Assembly: GCF_006345805.1 (NCBI RefSeq)
Contig: NC_043014.1
Span: 23,560,001 to 23,624,000, forward strand
Source: Octopus sinensis
Lineage: Eukaryota
Length of the DNA stretch: 64,000 nucleotides
Direction of reading: 5' to 3'
Shown: piece by piece, positions 62,540 to 64,000 of the stretch
How positions within the stretch are numbered: the first letter of the stretch is position 1
How the letters are laid out: every line of letters starts with the position of its first letter
Translations under genes and position numbers: made by a program
Notes under the pieces: model-generated
Seen by the model: only the letters and a program-made list of their open reading frames with translations
Databases searched by the model: none
Told to the model about the DNA's origin: nothing

Positions 62540-63413
62540 TGTTAGTCCACCACTGAAAGCGGCAGTGGGCAGCGAACGCAAGCCAGAAACCGAGACAACA
62601 ACAACAAAGGAGAGAGACAGTTGGAGGCAGTTGCTTAATTTAACACTTTATATACTTCACAAAATCAATCAAAACATTTCAAAACAAAAGCATTTAACTA
62701 CAAGGTTAACAAACATTTAACAGATCGTACACAGAGTTTAAAAAAAGAATAATCAATGGCATTTAGCAAAATACAACGCCCGACAACAATCAGTTAATGT
62801 TCAGAGTTTGATCCTTCAAAACGAATAGTCTTTCTCTTTTCTTTTCTCCTCTTTCTTTTTCTTTTAGAAACACATCTTACAGTTCTTTTTCTTTTTTTTT
62901 ACATTTACAAGTTCTCTTTTTTTTTTCCTTTTCTTTTTCAACAGATTATGTCACAGAGTCTCCTTTTTTTACATTTAAAACATCAAAGTTCAAAACACAA
63001 ATCAAAACGTAAATAAACATTACCGGCACATATTCCTCTCCGCAACACTCAAAACAGAACCCCACTATATCAGTCCGGCTTCTTCACATGTCTCTCTCTG
63101 CCCCTTCACTGTCATCTTCTTTACTACCTCTATCTGTCTCTCGCTGTCTTCATCTCTAACTCCCTGCCTGTCTTCCTTGCTTCGCTGCTATCATCTCTTG
63201 GCTGGCTGTCCGCATCAACTGACTGTCTCTCCCAACTACCGCCTCTTGCCAACTGACACACTAACACCAGTGCCCGTCGCCTTTTTAAAGGGTGGCATTT
63301 TTATTTTTTTATCAACTTTCCTTGACCGTGTAGGGATCAGAGATCGCTTCCTAAGCTCATTATTTACCGTGGCCGTTGACAGGACAAAGATTTTTTTTTC
63401 CTCATCCTGAACA
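62540..63413. mobile_element. Possible solo LTR or other repeat truncating the hammerhead array
   Basis: TGTT...AACA ends and LTR-like composition; no TSD found. Confidence 0.25.
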
Positions 63414-63489
63414 ACTGGAGTGCCGGTTCAACTCAAACTCCAACCAACGGAACTAGGGCACAATGTTCTGTTAATTTACCTCTGTAATA

Positions 63490-63542
63490 ATATATTTATA
63501 TATATATATACTTTTGTATGTATGTGTGTGTGTGTGTGTATA

Positions 63543-63575
<33 letters not shown>

Positions 63576-63633
63576 CTTTTGTATATGTGTGTGTGTCTGT
63601 ATGTATATATATATATATATACACTTTTGTATA

Positions 63634-63671
<38 letters not shown>

Positions 63672-63725
63672 CACTTTTGTATAGATGTGTATGTATGTAT
63701 ATATATATATATTTGTATATTTTTA
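63490..63725. repeat. Compound (TA)n/(TG)n microsatellite
   Basis: Seen directly. Confidence 0.9.
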
Positions 63726-64000
63726 GCTGGTGTCCTTTTTAAATACAGTTGATACTTGAATTTCTTATGATTGTTATCAATAACATTTTCCATTAGCAAA
63801 CCTTTATGCTACATCTTTGTTTATTCACTAGAAACATATTCTGACGTTGGGAAAACACTCCCTACTTAACTGAAAATTAAAATGTTTAAAATTAAATCGA
63901 ACATCACACTCTAACCTCCTTAGGACTCTCTCTCAAAACACAACTGAAGAGTATATTTGTAGATAAACTCACTGTACAGTACATTGTATTGGCATGAAGA

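Larger units (their letters stand above)
60827..62545 (-). repeat. 536-bp tandem array (3 full units plus a partial), hammerhead-containing
   Basis: GAGTGGTCAC recurs at 60841, 61377, 61913 and 62449; only a handful of SNPs between units. Confidence 0.97.

Noticed and set aside
62549-62571. CCACTG/CAGTGG hairpin as the 3' terminator of the autonomous Helitron
   Set aside because: Not followed by CTRR and unlike the terminator at 43031-43062.
62451-62720. ORF with WLTLALVNPKGFN resembling the GIY-YIG C-terminal W...L....P.GLN motif
   Set aside because: Short and weak match, opposite strand to the ribozyme, and no upstream GIY-YIG motifs.

Overview
AT-rich, repeat-dense animal genomic DNA with no prokaryotic features. 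The SINE, RTE and microsatellite landscape suggests a coleoid cephalopod such as Octopus, which is an inference. Two spliced host genes missed by the ORF track sit head-to-head 538 bp apart. One is an FBXL13/DRC6-like gene on the minus strand (three exons found: 13834-13754, 10414-10311, 9559-9469). The other is a complete 59-aa twin-CX9C NDUFAF8-like gene on the plus strand (14373-14441, 25870-25968, 27378-27389). The 11.4 kb first intron of NDUFAF8 holds a full-length CsRn1-lineage Gypsy element (its 3' LTR interrupted by a long-TIR MITE) and a decayed hAT transposon. The rest of the window contains Tx1/L1-, RTE-, CR1-like, R4/Dong-like and Penelope-like retroelements, tRNA-derived SINEs, a nearly intact autonomous Helitron, a cargo-carrying non-autonomous Helitron and several long fold-backs. 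The most interesting signal is a 536-bp x ~3.2 tandem array (60827-62545). Each full unit carries an intact type I hammerhead ribozyme on the minus strand with a palindromic, dimer-type stem III, which fits a retrozyme-like or circular-RNA-producing repeat. Three more hammerhead-like motifs cluster at 46.9-48.3 kb next to fold-backs. There is a 100-N assembly gap at 54968-55067. All calls come from reading the sequence by eye; no searches were run.
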